Shown: positions 38,576 through 48,848 of the stretch, one piece after another
Layout: the number at the start of each line of letters is the position of its first letter
How positions within the stretch are numbered: the first letter of the stretch is position 1
Made by a program: the position numbers and the translations under genes
Virus record (IMG/VR): IMGVR_UViG_3300024346_000052
DNA length: 64,000 bases
DNA from: an uncultured virus (IMG/VR IMGVR_UViG_3300024346_000052)
Lineage: Duplodnaviria; Heunggongvirae; Uroviricota; Caudoviricetes; Crassvirales
Reading direction: 5' to 3' (one strand)
Notes under the pieces: generated by a model
Seen by the model: the letters and a program-made list of their open reading frames with translations, nothing else
What the model was told of the DNA's origin: nothing
Databases searched by the model: none

Positions 38576-41017
38576 CTATGATCCCATCATAGAACCCATT
38601 AAATCCATAGTATTGTTACTATCGGCTTCAAAGTCTATTGGCATGTCATTATTTTCTCTTTGTGTAATCATAGCTGATTGTTGAGAACCAACTATTTTAG
38701 CTCTTGTATCTTTTCTATTTTCTATTTCTTGTTCTTTTTGTTTATCTCTATCACCTCTCATTGTTTCTTTAGTGACCTCGGTGTTAGCGCGTAATTGAGC
38801 TAACTGCATGTCATATTGAAACTGAACATCTGCTAACTGCTGTTTAATTTCACTCTCTTTTAACATTCTTTGTATTTCAAACTGCGATTTGCCTTGTTCT
38901 ATCTGAAGTGTTGTTTCGGCTAAAGCTTGTTGTTTTTGCATTTCAGCTGCAGAGGCTCTTTCTGCAGATTCAGCGTTTGCTGTAGCTTGCATTTGAACCA
39001 TAGCTTGTTGCTGCATTTGATCTTGCTCAGCCTTTTTCTTTCTTCTAACTTTTAATAGTTGATTAGCTAGTTTTAAGTTATGTATTTCTCTAACGTCTAT
39101 AGCATCTTCTAAAGTTATACTCTGTTGCTGTAAAGCCATTTGAATATTTTGTTCTAACATTGCTTTTTCAGCTTCATCAGGAACTAATGACAGGTATACA
39201 CCAAAATCATACAAATGTAAATCTTTTAAGTCTTGTAAAGTTCCAACATTGTATGAGCTTATTGAAGATCTCAAAGCATCTGCTGTTAGATCAAACTCTA
39301 AAGAGTCATTTATTCTGCATACTATATTCTCACATGTTTTAACTGTTAAATATAACGCTGATTGAAGTATGTGCTTTGTGGCAACGTTTGAGTTAGCTGC
39401 AGCTAGTTTTTGTAAGCCAACTAAAGCGTTTTCATTAGGTGTGCTAGCGTCTCTAGCTTCGTTTAGTCCGGTAACATCTCTTATCATTTGTAAATAATAC
39501 TGATAAGTTTGTATTAGTGATGCTATTTTAGATTGACCACTAGAGCTAGATAACTCTTGTATTGGAACTTTACCATGGTTTAAGTCGCCATCTTGAGTCA
39601 TTGATCTACCTACTATACTACCAGTTTGGAAATACATATTTAAAGCTTCCTGAGGGTTATAAGTGGTTCCATTACCCAAGTCTACTTCTGCTAACCCATC
39701 TACATCCATAAATACACCATCTGGCACTATTCTAGACATAACTTGTTGTAGCTTCAAGTGAGTTAATTGAATCATATCAGCAAACCCAGTTATACGAGAA
39801 ACTAAAGATTCTATACGTCCTTTATAAATTTTAGGAGCTACTATGCTATAATTCATATTAACTTTAACTAGATTAGATTTTGGCCTTGTCATATTTTCCG
39901 CCATTTTCCATTCTAATATCATATCATGACCTAGTATTTTTGCACCACTATACAAAACCTCTATTGATCTACTAACTCTTTCAAAGTTGTCGTTAGGTGG
40001 AGGATTAAAAGTGTCAGGCTTTTCTAAAGCTTTTTCTAAACCTGTAGGTGTTTGTTTTATTTTAAAAACTTGATCTGAAAAAGTTTTATATTCGTAATAC
40101 AATACATATATCATATTGCCGTCATTCCTACCGTTCCAGTTGTAAACCATATTACTATTGCCAGGATATTTTGATATAGTCTCTAATTCTTCAGGTGTTA
40201 AATTTGGAAATTGTTTCTTTAAATCAGACAATGATATTGCTTTAACTTCACCTACATACCATAAATCTTGAAAGTTTGGATCTTCTGTATATGAATAAAC
40301 TAAATAAGCTGGATCAACGTAATCTATAGTTATACCTTCAGATCTATTCCAAGAAGTTTTTACAGCACCAATACCTAGTATGGTTAAATCTTCGTTAAAC
40401 CTTTTTCTAGTTAAGTCATATTTATTTCTGGCTAATACATTGTTTATGGCTTCTTCCTCAGCTATCTCAATAGATTGTTTGTAATCTAATTGCATGTGAA
40501 GATTTAACTCTTCTTCGTTTTGAGGTAGATCTTCTGGGTTTTCGTTTGAATAAAGATCAATGCCTGTAGCTTCTTTCACATTAGAAATATAAGAGTTAGC
40601 TTCCATATCTCTAAGTATTGCTTCAGCATAGTCAGTTCTCTTTTTTTGAGAACTTGGATCTTGAGCAAATGCTTTTATATCGTACTGCCTGTCTGACATG
40701 CCATTTACAACTATATCTACAAACTTAGGTATAATAGGTATAGGTTTCCAATCTAGGTTTAGATAAGACAAATCACCATTTATAGCTAACTCATCTTTAT
40801 ATTTTTGTACTGGTTGCTCTGCTCTAGCATATAACCTTAAATTTCTAAAATTATTAAAATTATAATTATATCTATTTTGAACACCAGATCTAGTGCCGCT
40901 AAACCAGTCAGCTTCAATAGCTCTTCCGACTTGTTTACCGTAATCTAAACTTTCTTTGACTCTATCAGGCACAACCTGATCAGGAAAAGAACTACCGTTT
41001 TGAGTACTTATTTGCAT
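38576..41017 (-). CDS. Portal protein
   Basis: 813 aa after terminase; PIIPKFVDIVVNG, IRDVTGLNEARD, Gln-rich C-terminal barrel. Confidence 0.8.
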   Translation of the reverse strand: MQISTQNGSSFPDQVVPDRVKESLDYGKQVGRAIEADWFSGTRSGVQNRYNYNFNNFRNLRLYARAEQPVQKYKDELAINGDLSYLNLDWKPIPIIPKFVDIVVNGMSDRQYDIKAFAQDPSSQKKRTDYAEAILRDMEANSYISNVKEATGIDLYSNENPEDLPQNEEELNLHMQLDYKQSIEIAEEEAINNVLARNKYDLTRKRFNEDLTILGIGAVKTSWNRSEGITIDYVDPAYLVYSYTEDPNFQDLWYVGEVKAISLSDLKKQFPNLTPEELETISKYPGNSNMVYNWNGRNDGNMIYVLYYEYKTFSDQVFKIKQTPTGLEKALEKPDTFNPPPNDNFERVSRSIEVLYSGAKILGHDMILEWKMAENMTRPKSNLVKVNMNYSIVAPKIYKGRIESLVSRITGFADMIQLTHLKLQQVMSRIVPDGVFMDVDGLAEVDLGNGTTYNPQEALNMYFQTGSIVGRSMTQDGDLNHGKVPIQELSSSSGQSKIASLIQTYQYYLQMIRDVTGLNEARDASTPNENALVGLQKLAAANSNVATKHILQSALYLTVKTCENIVCRINDSLEFDLTADALRSSISSYNVGTLQDLKDLHLYDFGVYLSLVPDEAEKAMLEQNIQMALQQQSITLEDAIDVREIHNLKLANQLLKVRRKKKAEQDQMQQQAMVQMQATANAESAERASAAEMQKQQALAETTLQIEQGKSQFEIQRMLKESEIKQQLADVQFQYDMQLAQLRANTEVTKETMRGDRDKQKEQEIENRKDTRAKIVGSQQSAMITQRENNDMPIDFEADSNNTMDLMGSMMGS

Positions 41018-43291
41018 TTATTTTATTATTTGTGAAAAGGATCCTTTATTATCAAATTGTTTAATTCCTAAATTAATATTTTTTGTAGATCTAACTGACA
41101 CGGGCCGGTATTTATTTTTGTTACAGGCCATTATAGCTAAACCAGAACTAATAGAAGCATCGTGCTTTGTTCTGTTATTTATATCAAATTGCGACCAATC
41201 CTCTAGTGTTTTTTGATGATAAACATCACCATATTCTTCGTCCACTCTGCCAACATAGTTTTCTATGTAAGCCTCTATAGCAGCAGCATGCGCTTGCTTA
41301 ATATCTTCACTTGAATTAGGTATTCCACCTATTTCTTTCTCAGTTACAGAAAGTTTGTTCCAAATTTTATCAGGACGATTAATTGAAAAACCTCTGTAAC
41401 CTCTACGCTTTAAGTAGTATAATAATCTAGGTTTATTATTTTCACAAAGAAGTGGCATACCATAAAAAACTAAAGCCATTAAAACATCTTCAAAAAATAT
41501 CTCAGCTGTTTGAGGTCTAGATATGTATTCTAAAAAAAAATGATGAGCAGGTGCTTGCTCCATAGAAAACTTTGTTAATCCATGTAGCGATCCTTTACTA
41601 CCGCGACCATCAACAGTACCGCTAATATCATAAGAATCACAACCAAAAGCTCCAATATGTTCGTTGCCTGGATATTTGTTTCCATTTTTTAATATTACAT
41701 TATTTTGTATTTGAGCATTTGGTATCCAAGATATATTAAATCTTCCGTTTTTATTAGGCGTTAGTAATACCCTAGTATCTTTTACTCCGTTTTCCCACTG
41801 GAAATTACCACGTACTATTTTCTTGTCATTGTCAACGTCTTCATTGTAATCTATTTGTTCATAAATTTTAGTTAAATTAAATAAACTAGATTTAGTCTCG
41901 TCTCTAAATGCATGTTTTTCAGTTCTTGGAAATTGACGATAAAATTCATTTAAGCTGTCTTGATCTTCTTTTAAGCCTTCGACTTCGTTTTCCCAGTGCT
42001 CGATAACTCCAATTGTAATAGGAATACCATCTGCTCCTTTGACTTTATCTTCTGGTGTAATGAAGACAGGTAATCCGTAAGTATCCATGTATCCTTCGTA
42101 GTTCCATTCCATAGGTATGAACAAAGCATAGAGCCCGCTAGAAGTTTGTCCGTTTTTATTTCTTTCTTTAACGTCTGAATTGTTGTATAATTTTTTGAAA
42201 TTACTTCCACCTTTATCTAATGCGTTTGAAGTTGAGCCCATCATACACTTGCCTACTATTTTTCTTCCTAGTCTTAATGTTGTTTTTGTAACTCGCCAAT
42301 TGTTTAATATGTTGTCTGGTCTTTCCCATTTTCCACTTTCGTCGTGTGCTAATATTTTTAATTTCTCACCATCGTAAGAGTTGTCGCCTGTGTTTTTCCA
42401 ATCAATAGTTGTATCAAGCCCGTCAAGATCTTCTAATTGCTCATTACTCTCAAGCTTTCTTCTAGTAAGTTTTGAAGCCGGAACCCTATACGCCAGTTCT
42501 GTCTTAGGACGATCCATACCGTCTTGGATCGGTTTGAAGAAAAACGGATAGTTAACGGATATTGGTACAACTTTATCTGTAAACATTTTTTTAGCATCTG
42601 ATCCAGATTTAGATAATATACCGAATCTGGCATCACTGGATATCGTCGCTTGATTAACAAGCTCTGCTGAGGACATAAATGAAAATCCAGACCTTCTGTT
42701 TTTAAGATAGCACATCCCGTAACATCTGTTATCTGCCTTGCATGCTTCCCAAAATATATAGAATAATCTATTTGCTTCTCTGTAATCTGGTGCTCCAATA
42801 TCAATCTTTGACCATTGCAAGTACATGTAATGAGTACCAGTAATATAAGTAGCAACTCCTTTATTATAAAACCAATAGCCTTCGTCTCTTTTTCTAAATT
42901 CTTCATCTATATAATCAAACCACTTTTCTTTAAAATCAACAGGATATTCTTGCCAATCAAATCTTGTTTTAATTCTACTCAGCTCTTTTGGATATTCGGC
43001 TTTAACCCAGTATTGTTCCTTTTTTTCTTTGCTTCGTTTAAACGGTTCATTTGTTGCTGGTAAAGCAATCCTGAGATTCTGTATTTCAATGATTTGTCCA
43101 ATTTGTCCAGTTTTACTTATTACTATAAAATCATAATCAGAGTTATAACCATACTCCCATTTTTTCAAACGATTTTGTTTCTTTAATATTTTAGGATTAA
43201 CAACGTCTAAAATATTTTTATAAAGAGTTTGATTATATCCATGTTTATTTTCTTCTAACTCAAAAGGAAGATCTAAAAATGATTTGCTCAT
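41018..43291 (-). CDS. Terminase large subunit
   Basis: Walker A-like LKNRRSGFS, Walker B LAHDESGK, GST motif, nuclease FGCDSYD...ENNK...HDA. Confidence 0.85.
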   Translation of the reverse strand: MSKSFLDLPFELEENKHGYNQTLYKNILDVVNPKILKKQNRLKKWEYGYNSDYDFIVISKTGQIGQIIEIQNLRIALPATNEPFKRSKEKKEQYWVKAEYPKELSRIKTRFDWQEYPVDFKEKWFDYIDEEFRKRDEGYWFYNKGVATYITGTHYMYLQWSKIDIGAPDYREANRLFYIFWEACKADNRCYGMCYLKNRRSGFSFMSSAELVNQATISSDARFGILSKSGSDAKKMFTDKVVPISVNYPFFFKPIQDGMDRPKTELAYRVPASKLTRRKLESNEQLEDLDGLDTTIDWKNTGDNSYDGEKLKILAHDESGKWERPDNILNNWRVTKTTLRLGRKIVGKCMMGSTSNALDKGGSNFKKLYNNSDVKERNKNGQTSSGLYALFIPMEWNYEGYMDTYGLPVFITPEDKVKGADGIPITIGVIEHWENEVEGLKEDQDSLNEFYRQFPRTEKHAFRDETKSSLFNLTKIYEQIDYNEDVDNDKKIVRGNFQWENGVKDTRVLLTPNKNGRFNISWIPNAQIQNNVILKNGNKYPGNEHIGAFGCDSYDISGTVDGRGSKGSLHGLTKFSMEQAPAHHFFLEYISRPQTAEIFFEDVLMALVFYGMPLLCENNKPRLLYYLKRRGYRGFSINRPDKIWNKLSVTEKEIGGIPNSSEDIKQAHAAAIEAYIENYVGRVDEEYGDVYHQKTLEDWSQFDINNRTKHDASISSGLAIMACNKNKYRPVSVRSTKNINLGIKQFDNKGSFSQIIK

Positions 43292-43563
43292 TTGCTTCTC
43301 CCCTCTGCAAAACCTTTAAAAGATTTTTGATCTTTAATTTCTTTTGGTTTTTCATTTAAAATATCCTCTTCATCTTGTATGCGAGTTAGAATTTCAAACG
43401 CATCAAATATGGCTAATTTTTTTGTTGCAGCAGCATTTTTAAGTCTGTCAGCTGAGATATCATCTCCTGAGTCAACGATCTTTTCTTGTGCTACTTTAAT
43501 TAATTCTTCAACTGCTTTTTGCCCAGCTTGGATTATTTTCTTTTTCGTTTCCTTTATATTCAT
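43288..43563 (-). CDS. Small helical protein, possible terminase small subunit
   Basis: Directly upstream of and overlapping the large subunit gene. Confidence 0.4.
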   Translation of the reverse strand: MNIKETKKKIIQAGQKAVEELIKVAQEKIVDSGDDISADRLKNAAATKKLAIFDAFEILTRIQDEEDILNEKPKEIKDQKSFKGFAEGRSK

Positions 43564-44101
43564 GGGTTAGAGCTATATTATTTGATTTCATACAATAAAG
43601 TCGTTCACCATTCACTACAAACTCAAACTCAGAGTCTGGAGTGAAGGTAACGAGTGTACCAGGGGTTATTCCTAGCGCTTCTAAGGTGTTATTAGTATAT
43701 TTTAATATACCAAGTTGGGTTTGCTCTTTATTGTTGCTTAATTTGTCAATATTCTTAATTGGACTGACAAAGCAATAATTTAAATGAGATTTATTATTAT
43801 ACATGTATATCTGCATAGGATCACAAAAATACATATTATCTTTAAAATATGATCTACTGTTTTTTTCTTTACCTTTAATATCATAAAATCTTCTAAAAAT
43901 ATTATGATGTACAAAAACTTTATCTCCTTTTTTAATCTTAGTTCTGTAAGCAGCTGGAACTTCTATTACTACAGCCTCTTTACTTACATTTTTAAAAGTT
44001 TCTATTTTTGTATTTATTATTAAAGTTTTTCCACCGATTTTTTTAGTATTATTATATCTACCTTCTAATGGAGATACAATAAAATCATATAGACTTTTCA
44101 T
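43508..44101 (-). CDS. Tandem GroES-like domain protein
   Basis: Two repeats: DFIVSP...GGKTLII...VIEVP..IKKGDKVFV and YCFVSP...GITPGTLVTF...EFVVNGERLYCMKSNNI. Confidence 0.5.
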   Translation of the reverse strand: MKSLYDFIVSPLEGRYNNTKKIGGKTLIINTKIETFKNVSKEAVVIEVPAAYRTKIKKGDKVFVHHNIFRRFYDIKGKEKNSRSYFKDNMYFCDPMQIYMYNNKSHLNYCFVSPIKNIDKLSNNKEQTQLGILKYTNNTLEALGITPGTLVTFTPDSEFEFVVNGERLYCMKSNNIALTHEYKGNEKENNPSWAKSS

Positions 44102-44325
44102 TAATAATTTAAATCATACTCTACAGCAACAGCCATATTGCTGTTAAATTTTTTCCAAGGTAATATTTCGTTTGATTTTTTAATGTAAATAGAATATTCT
44201 TTTTGATCATCATCACTAAGTATATTACATATGATATGACCTCCGTAAACCTCTTGGCCTACGGAGTAGTGCATAGCATCATTTTTATAATCAGAACCAA
44301 TACTAATTTTTCTAATAGTAGACAT
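44101..44325 (-). CDS. Hypothetical protein
   Basis: Coupled ORF. Confidence 0.65.
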   Translation of the reverse strand: MSTIRKISIGSDYKNDAMHYSVGQEVYGGHIICNILSDDDQKEYSIYIKKSNEILPWKKFNSNMAVAVEYDLNY

Positions 44326-44327
44326 TG

Positions 44328-44573
44328 TTAATCTTCTTTAACTTCTGTTTCTATTTCAGTATAATTACCTGTTTCAACATCTATATTTATTGAGCCGTAT
44401 TTAGCTTCTAAAATTGACTTTTGATCGTTTATTATCTTATTGACTTCAGCAACCTCGTGTAATGCAGCGTGCTTATTAGCTTCTAGAACTCCTATTTGTT
44501 GCATTAATTCGTTTATTTTATTTCTATTTTCTATTATAGAATCTAACTCTTCTTTTGTTATTTTTTTATCCAT
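44328..44573 (-). CDS. Hypothetical coiled-coil protein
   Basis: Coupled ORF. Confidence 0.65.
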   Translation of the reverse strand: MDKKITKEELDSIIENRNKINELMQQIGVLEANKHAALHEVAEVNKIINDQKSILEAKYGSINIDVETGNYTEIETEVKED

Positions 44574-44609
44574 TTTATTTTATTTAATTGTTTTTTTGCT
44601 TATTACTTA

Positions 44610-44638
44610 TACTATTACTTGTTAATTTACTTTTTTAA
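44610..44638 (-). promoter_or_regulatory. Class B promoter-like motif upstream of the packaging/head operon
   Basis: TTAAA-N15-GTAATAGTA. Confidence 0.55.
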
Positions 44639-45198
44639 CATCCAACAACATCAATCACTTCGCCACTTCCGTTAATTCGATAGTAATGGGGAACGCCGCT
44701 GATTTCAGTTTTGTAAAAACCTTCATCAGCTAATTCTGAGCCATTACTATCTTTATATACAATATCACCATCATCAATTGCTGATGATCCTAACTTATAC
44801 ATTTTACCCTCTACACTAGCTTCGCATATACTTTCAGCACTTGACTGAGCCTCTGTAGTACTATCAAAACTTTCAATAGTTAAACAAGCACCAATTGATT
44901 CCACTAATCCATCGTCACCTACCTTATAAAAACCAGCTAAAGGATCTCTGTAGTGACCAACACTTGGGTAACTCTCTCCTGCTTGTTCTCTAAAAATAAC
45001 ATTTCCAACGGCTACAGGTGTAGAAGATGAAGTGCTTTTATACCTAGTAGTTCCTGTAGCTTGAGTGCAGGCATCAGTACCACCTGGCTGTGCTGCAGAT
45101 GATGTATAGAAACCAAAAAGCGTGTTTCCTCCTCCCCCAGGTCTAGACCCAGGTAAGCTTCCTAAATCTGGTATCGGCATGCCTAAACTTATTTTCAT
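44635..45198 (-). CDS. Fibre-associated protein with two Cys-containing repeat modules
   Basis: Two internal modules; N-terminus similar to 48669-48845. Confidence 0.6.
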   Translation of the reverse strand: MKISLGMPIPDLGSLPGSRPGGGGNTLFGFYTSSAAQPGGTDACTQATGTTRYKSTSSSTPVAVGNVIFREQAGESYPSVGHYRDPLAGFYKVGDDGLVESIGACLTIESFDSTTEAQSSAESICEASVEGKMYKLGSSAIDDGDIVYKDSNGSELADEGFYKTEISGVPHYYRINGSGEVIDVVGC

Positions 45199-45223
45199 AT
45201 TATTTTTTATTTTAATTTTTTTA

Positions 45224-45619
45224 CTAGCATGAGAAAGTAGATGTTACCTCACCACTCTCGCCTTCAATTACCATTATATTGTCATTAGCCATTTTATAAG
45301 ATCCTTCTGAAAGAGCCTCACCACAACTACTATCGGTAAAAACATTATCATTAACCACTGGGTAAGTACCAGAACCGTTATGGTAGTAAGTGATTTCTGG
45401 ATCTAGTTCACAAGCTTCTTTTGACTGCTCACTACCAGAAAAAGAAGTGCAACTACTAGCAGACTGACCATAAAAGTCATTAGCTAGTTCTATATTACTA
45501 GTCACTGTAGGTGTTGGTAATGTAGAGCCAAAAGTATACAAAGACATATTAGAGCTTGCTTGGCTAAATTCTGTAGCTATAGCACTCATAGATAACGGAC
45601 CTGACGTTGGTAGAGCCAT
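45224..45619 (-). CDS. Fibre-associated protein
   Basis: MALPTSGPLSMSAI.EF N-terminus plus one Cys module like those in 44635-45198. Confidence 0.6.
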   Translation of the reverse strand: MALPTSGPLSMSAIATEFSQASSNMSLYTFGSTLPTPTVTSNIELANDFYGQSASSCTSFSGSEQSKEACELDPEITYYHNGSGTYPVVNDNVFTDSSCGEALSEGSYKMANDNIMVIEGESGEVTSTFSC

Positions 45620-48600
45620 TATTTATTTTTTAATTCGTTAACTTGATTTGACAATTCTTTTATAGCTTCTATTAGTAATGGTACAATTTTTTCGTACTTA
45701 ACAGCTTTATAACCGCTATCTCTAGTAGTGACAACGTCTGGTAATACTTTTTCTATTTCTTGAGCTATAACACCTATATCGTGTCCACTATTGCCATGAA
45801 CCTTTTCTTTCTCTATCCAGTCAAATTCTATACCTTGTATACTTTTTACTTTATCTAAAGCGTTGTCAATAGTTTTGATATTATCCTTTAATCTAATATC
45901 AGAAGTAGAGAAAGCTACAACATCGTTTGAAGCATCTATTCTGCCGTCTGTAGCAGAATTACTTATACTACCTACAGCTATAGACCCTAAAGTTACTTTT
46001 AAATCACCATTAGGTATTTCTGCATTTCCAGATGTACTAAAAATTAAAAAATCATTTGTTCCTGGAACAGCGCCGTTGTAAGATGTTCCATTGTATGATA
46101 TTCTAAATGAATTAGCTGAGTCGTCAGATCCTACAGAATAAGAATAATTTTCAGTACTATCACCAAATCTAATAAGAGTGTCAGCGCCTGAACCATTGTA
46201 CGCGTTTTCTAATTGTATTATTGGCCCTAGCGAAGTAGTTTTTCTTATGTGTAGCTGAGATATTGGACTAGCAGTGCCAATGCCAATATCGCTGCTAGCT
46301 ATTAAGTCGCTGCTAAAAGTTTTAGTACCAGCTACTGTTTGATTTCCAGTTGTAAGTACTGCTCCTGAAAGTGAAGTTAAAAATCCAGATCCATTAGTTA
46401 ATTGGTTAGTGTTTGTAGGTATTGTAGTATTACCTGCTAAAGCATCAGATGCTGAAGATCCAATAGCTAAGTTAGATGTTCCAGCGCCTATCGCTACTCT
46501 AACTTCGGCTGCAGTAATACCTACACCTAACTCTACATCTCCCGATTCATTTAATAAAGCAGGAACACCCGTATCAGAAACTTTTAATGTATTAGCACTT
46601 ATTTGATTTGCTTGGCTATTAGTTATACCTTCCTTCGCTGTGTTGGCTGCAACAGCTGTGTTGGCAGTAACTCTTGCTTCTGTATAATATAAATTAGTAC
46701 CTTCAGTTATATCACTAGTGGTTAAAACCACAACACCTGTTTCACCATTAACACTGTCAACTGGAGCAGCTGGTGGAATAACTGTATCGCCTTTTAAAGC
46801 CGTAGTACTAGTTGTGCCAAATCCAGGAAATGACGTTTTTGCTGTATTAGCTGATATTTCACCTGCTTGGGTACCAGTTATTGTTACTGTATTCCCCGCC
46901 AAAGCATCACTTGAGGTTGTACCTACTTGTAAGAATCCACTGGCTGTAACGTTAGCTAAACTACCATTTCTAGTAAGTGTTAAAGTGCCAGCTGTATAAG
47001 AAGCCCCAGTAACGTAGAAGTTGTCGCTATCGCCTGTGGTTATAGACACACTTGAATCTCCAGATTGATTTGCAGAAAAAGTTGTATCTGTGCCGTTTAA
47101 TGATATAGTAAGTGTGCCATCATTAACCGTAGGTATTACTGTATCACCTTCTAAAGCTTTTCCAGAAACTGTACCAAATCCAGGGAATGATGTTTTTAAT
47201 GTGTTATCTGATATTGCAGTTGCTTGTGCTGTTGTAATACCAGTTTTAGCAGTGTTGGTGGTTATTTCTCCTGCCTGTTGAGTGGTTATCGTAGTGGTAT
47301 TGCCAGCTAAAGCATCACTTGAGGTTGCACCTATTTGCAAGAATCCTGAAGCTGTTACTGTTCCACTATCATTTCTAGTTAAAGTAAGTGTTCCGCCAGA
47401 AAGAGCAGCTCCAGTAACAAAAGTATTATCACCAGCACTTGTAATATAACCAGCGTCATTATTCCATTGACTTATATCACCTGATTTATTGGTGAAAGTT
47501 ATAGTATTGTTAGCTGTAACGGTTCCAACATTATTAGTATAGTTTGCGTCATTAGTCCATTGAGAAATTGCACCAGATTTATTGGTAAAAGCAGTAGTAC
47601 TGTCCGCTGTGACGTCTCCATCACCAGTTCCAGCGCCTATAAGTGTTCTTATTTCAGCGCCAGTTACATTTGTCGCTAAAGTTGGTGTTCCACCGCCAGA
47701 AAAAATACCAGGTTCTGCAAAACTAGTTTTATTATTAAAAGTAGTCCAATCTGTAGACGTTAAATATCCATCTGTATTAGTATCTGCTTTTGTTATACTT
47801 AATGATCCAGTTGAAGTTACTGAACCTGATAAAGGTGCAGTTGTTGTTACTTGAGTTACCGTACCAGTGTTGCTTGTAAAACCAGAGGGGTTTGTATTAT
47901 TATAAGGCGTGAATCCTAAGCCAGTTGTTACATCTGAACTTGTTAAAGATAGCGTTCCTCCAAGAGTCAAGCTTCCTGAAGTATCAACCGTGCCACTTAA
48001 AGTTATGCCACTTACTGTACCTGTACCGCTAACAGAAGTTACAGTTCCAGTAGAACTTGTTTTACTATCAAAAGTATTCCAATCGCTTTGAGTTAAATAA
48101 CCATCACTATTGGTGCTAGCCGCGGTAATTCCTACTGTACCTGAATTAACTATGGTTCCACCAGTTAATGGAGAACTAAAAACTAAGTTAGTTACAGTTC
48201 CAGTGTTAGAAGTAAAGTTAGATGGATTTGTATTATTATATGGTGTATAGCCTAAAAAACTTATAATATCTACAGACGGTATAGTTAAAGTTCCACCTAG
48301 CGTTAGACTACCACTGGTTGTGACAGTTCCAGAAAGAGTTATACCACTGACTGTACCAGTTCCACCAACAGACTTAACAGTTCCGTCAGCATCGCTAAAC
48401 GCTGTAAAATTACTAGAGCTTAAATAACCATCTTGAGTTGTACTAACTTCGAGTATAGATAATACTGTGTCATTCCCTGTAGTTCTTTCTAAAGGAGATG
48501 TTGCTGCTATAGTTTGTATGGCACCAGATAACACACTAGCTTTTAATTGAGTTCCAGATATTTTAACATTACCGCTATTGTCATAACCAGCTAACCCTAC

Positions 48601-48663
48601 TACATCTGTTATATTTGTTTTTGGAACAAATATACTGTTATCACTTATTTTTGCATTAGCCAT
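45619..48663 (-). CDS. Tail fibre with C-terminal peptidase S74 intramolecular chaperone
   Basis: Thr/Gly/Ser repeats; SDIRLKDNI...GVIAQEIEKVLP...YEKIVPLLIEAIKEL. Confidence 0.85.
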   Translation of the reverse strand: MANAKISDNSIFVPKTNITDVVGLAGYDNSGNVKISGTQLKASVLSGAIQTIAATSPLERTTGNDTVLSILEVSTTQDGYLSSSNFTAFSDADGTVKSVGGTGTVSGITLSGTVTTSGSLTLGGTLTIPSVDIISFLGYTPYNNTNPSNFTSNTGTVTNLVFSSPLTGGTIVNSGTVGITAASTNSDGYLTQSDWNTFDSKTSSTGTVTSVSGTGTVSGITLSGTVDTSGSLTLGGTLSLTSSDVTTGLGFTPYNNTNPSGFTSNTGTVTQVTTTAPLSGSVTSTGSLSITKADTNTDGYLTSTDWTTFNNKTSFAEPGIFSGGGTPTLATNVTGAEIRTLIGAGTGDGDVTADSTTAFTNKSGAISQWTNDANYTNNVGTVTANNTITFTNKSGDISQWNNDAGYITSAGDNTFVTGAALSGGTLTLTRNDSGTVTASGFLQIGATSSDALAGNTTTITTQQAGEITTNTAKTGITTAQATAISDNTLKTSFPGFGTVSGKALEGDTVIPTVNDGTLTISLNGTDTTFSANQSGDSSVSITTGDSDNFYVTGASYTAGTLTLTRNGSLANVTASGFLQVGTTSSDALAGNTVTITGTQAGEISANTAKTSFPGFGTTSTTALKGDTVIPPAAPVDSVNGETGVVVLTTSDITEGTNLYYTEARVTANTAVAANTAKEGITNSQANQISANTLKVSDTGVPALLNESGDVELGVGITAAEVRVAIGAGTSNLAIGSSASDALAGNTTIPTNTNQLTNGSGFLTSLSGAVLTTGNQTVAGTKTFSSDLIASSDIGIGTASPISQLHIRKTTSLGPIIQLENAYNGSGADTLIRFGDSTENYSYSVGSDDSANSFRISYNGTSYNGAVPGTNDFLIFSTSGNAEIPNGDLKVTLGSIAVGSISNSATDGRIDASNDVVAFSTSDIRLKDNIKTIDNALDKVKSIQGIEFDWIEKEKVHGNSGHDIGVIAQEIEKVLPDVVTTRDSGYKAVKYEKIVPLLIEAIKELSNQVNELKNK

Positions 48664-48668
48664 ATTAT

Positions 48669-48845
48669 TTAATTTTCTAAACCTATAACGAAAGAGCTAT
48701 TTTCTAGTTGAGCTAAAAAAGCAGTCAACTGAAGCTCTATAAAATTAGTTGGCGCCGTTGGATCCGTTGGCGTGTCGCCACCAGGCCTTGAAGGTCCAGG
48801 TAAATTAGATATGTCGGGGAGTGGAAACCCCATACCCATTTTCAT
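48669..48845 (-). CDS. 58-aa protein (not in ORF track)
   Basis: MKMGMGFPLPDISNLPGPSRPGG..., similar to the N-terminus of 44635-45198. Confidence 0.6.
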   Translation of the reverse strand: MKMGMGFPLPDISNLPGPSRPGGDTPTDPTAPTNFIELQLTAFLAQLENSSFVIGLEN

Positions 48846-48848
48846 ATA

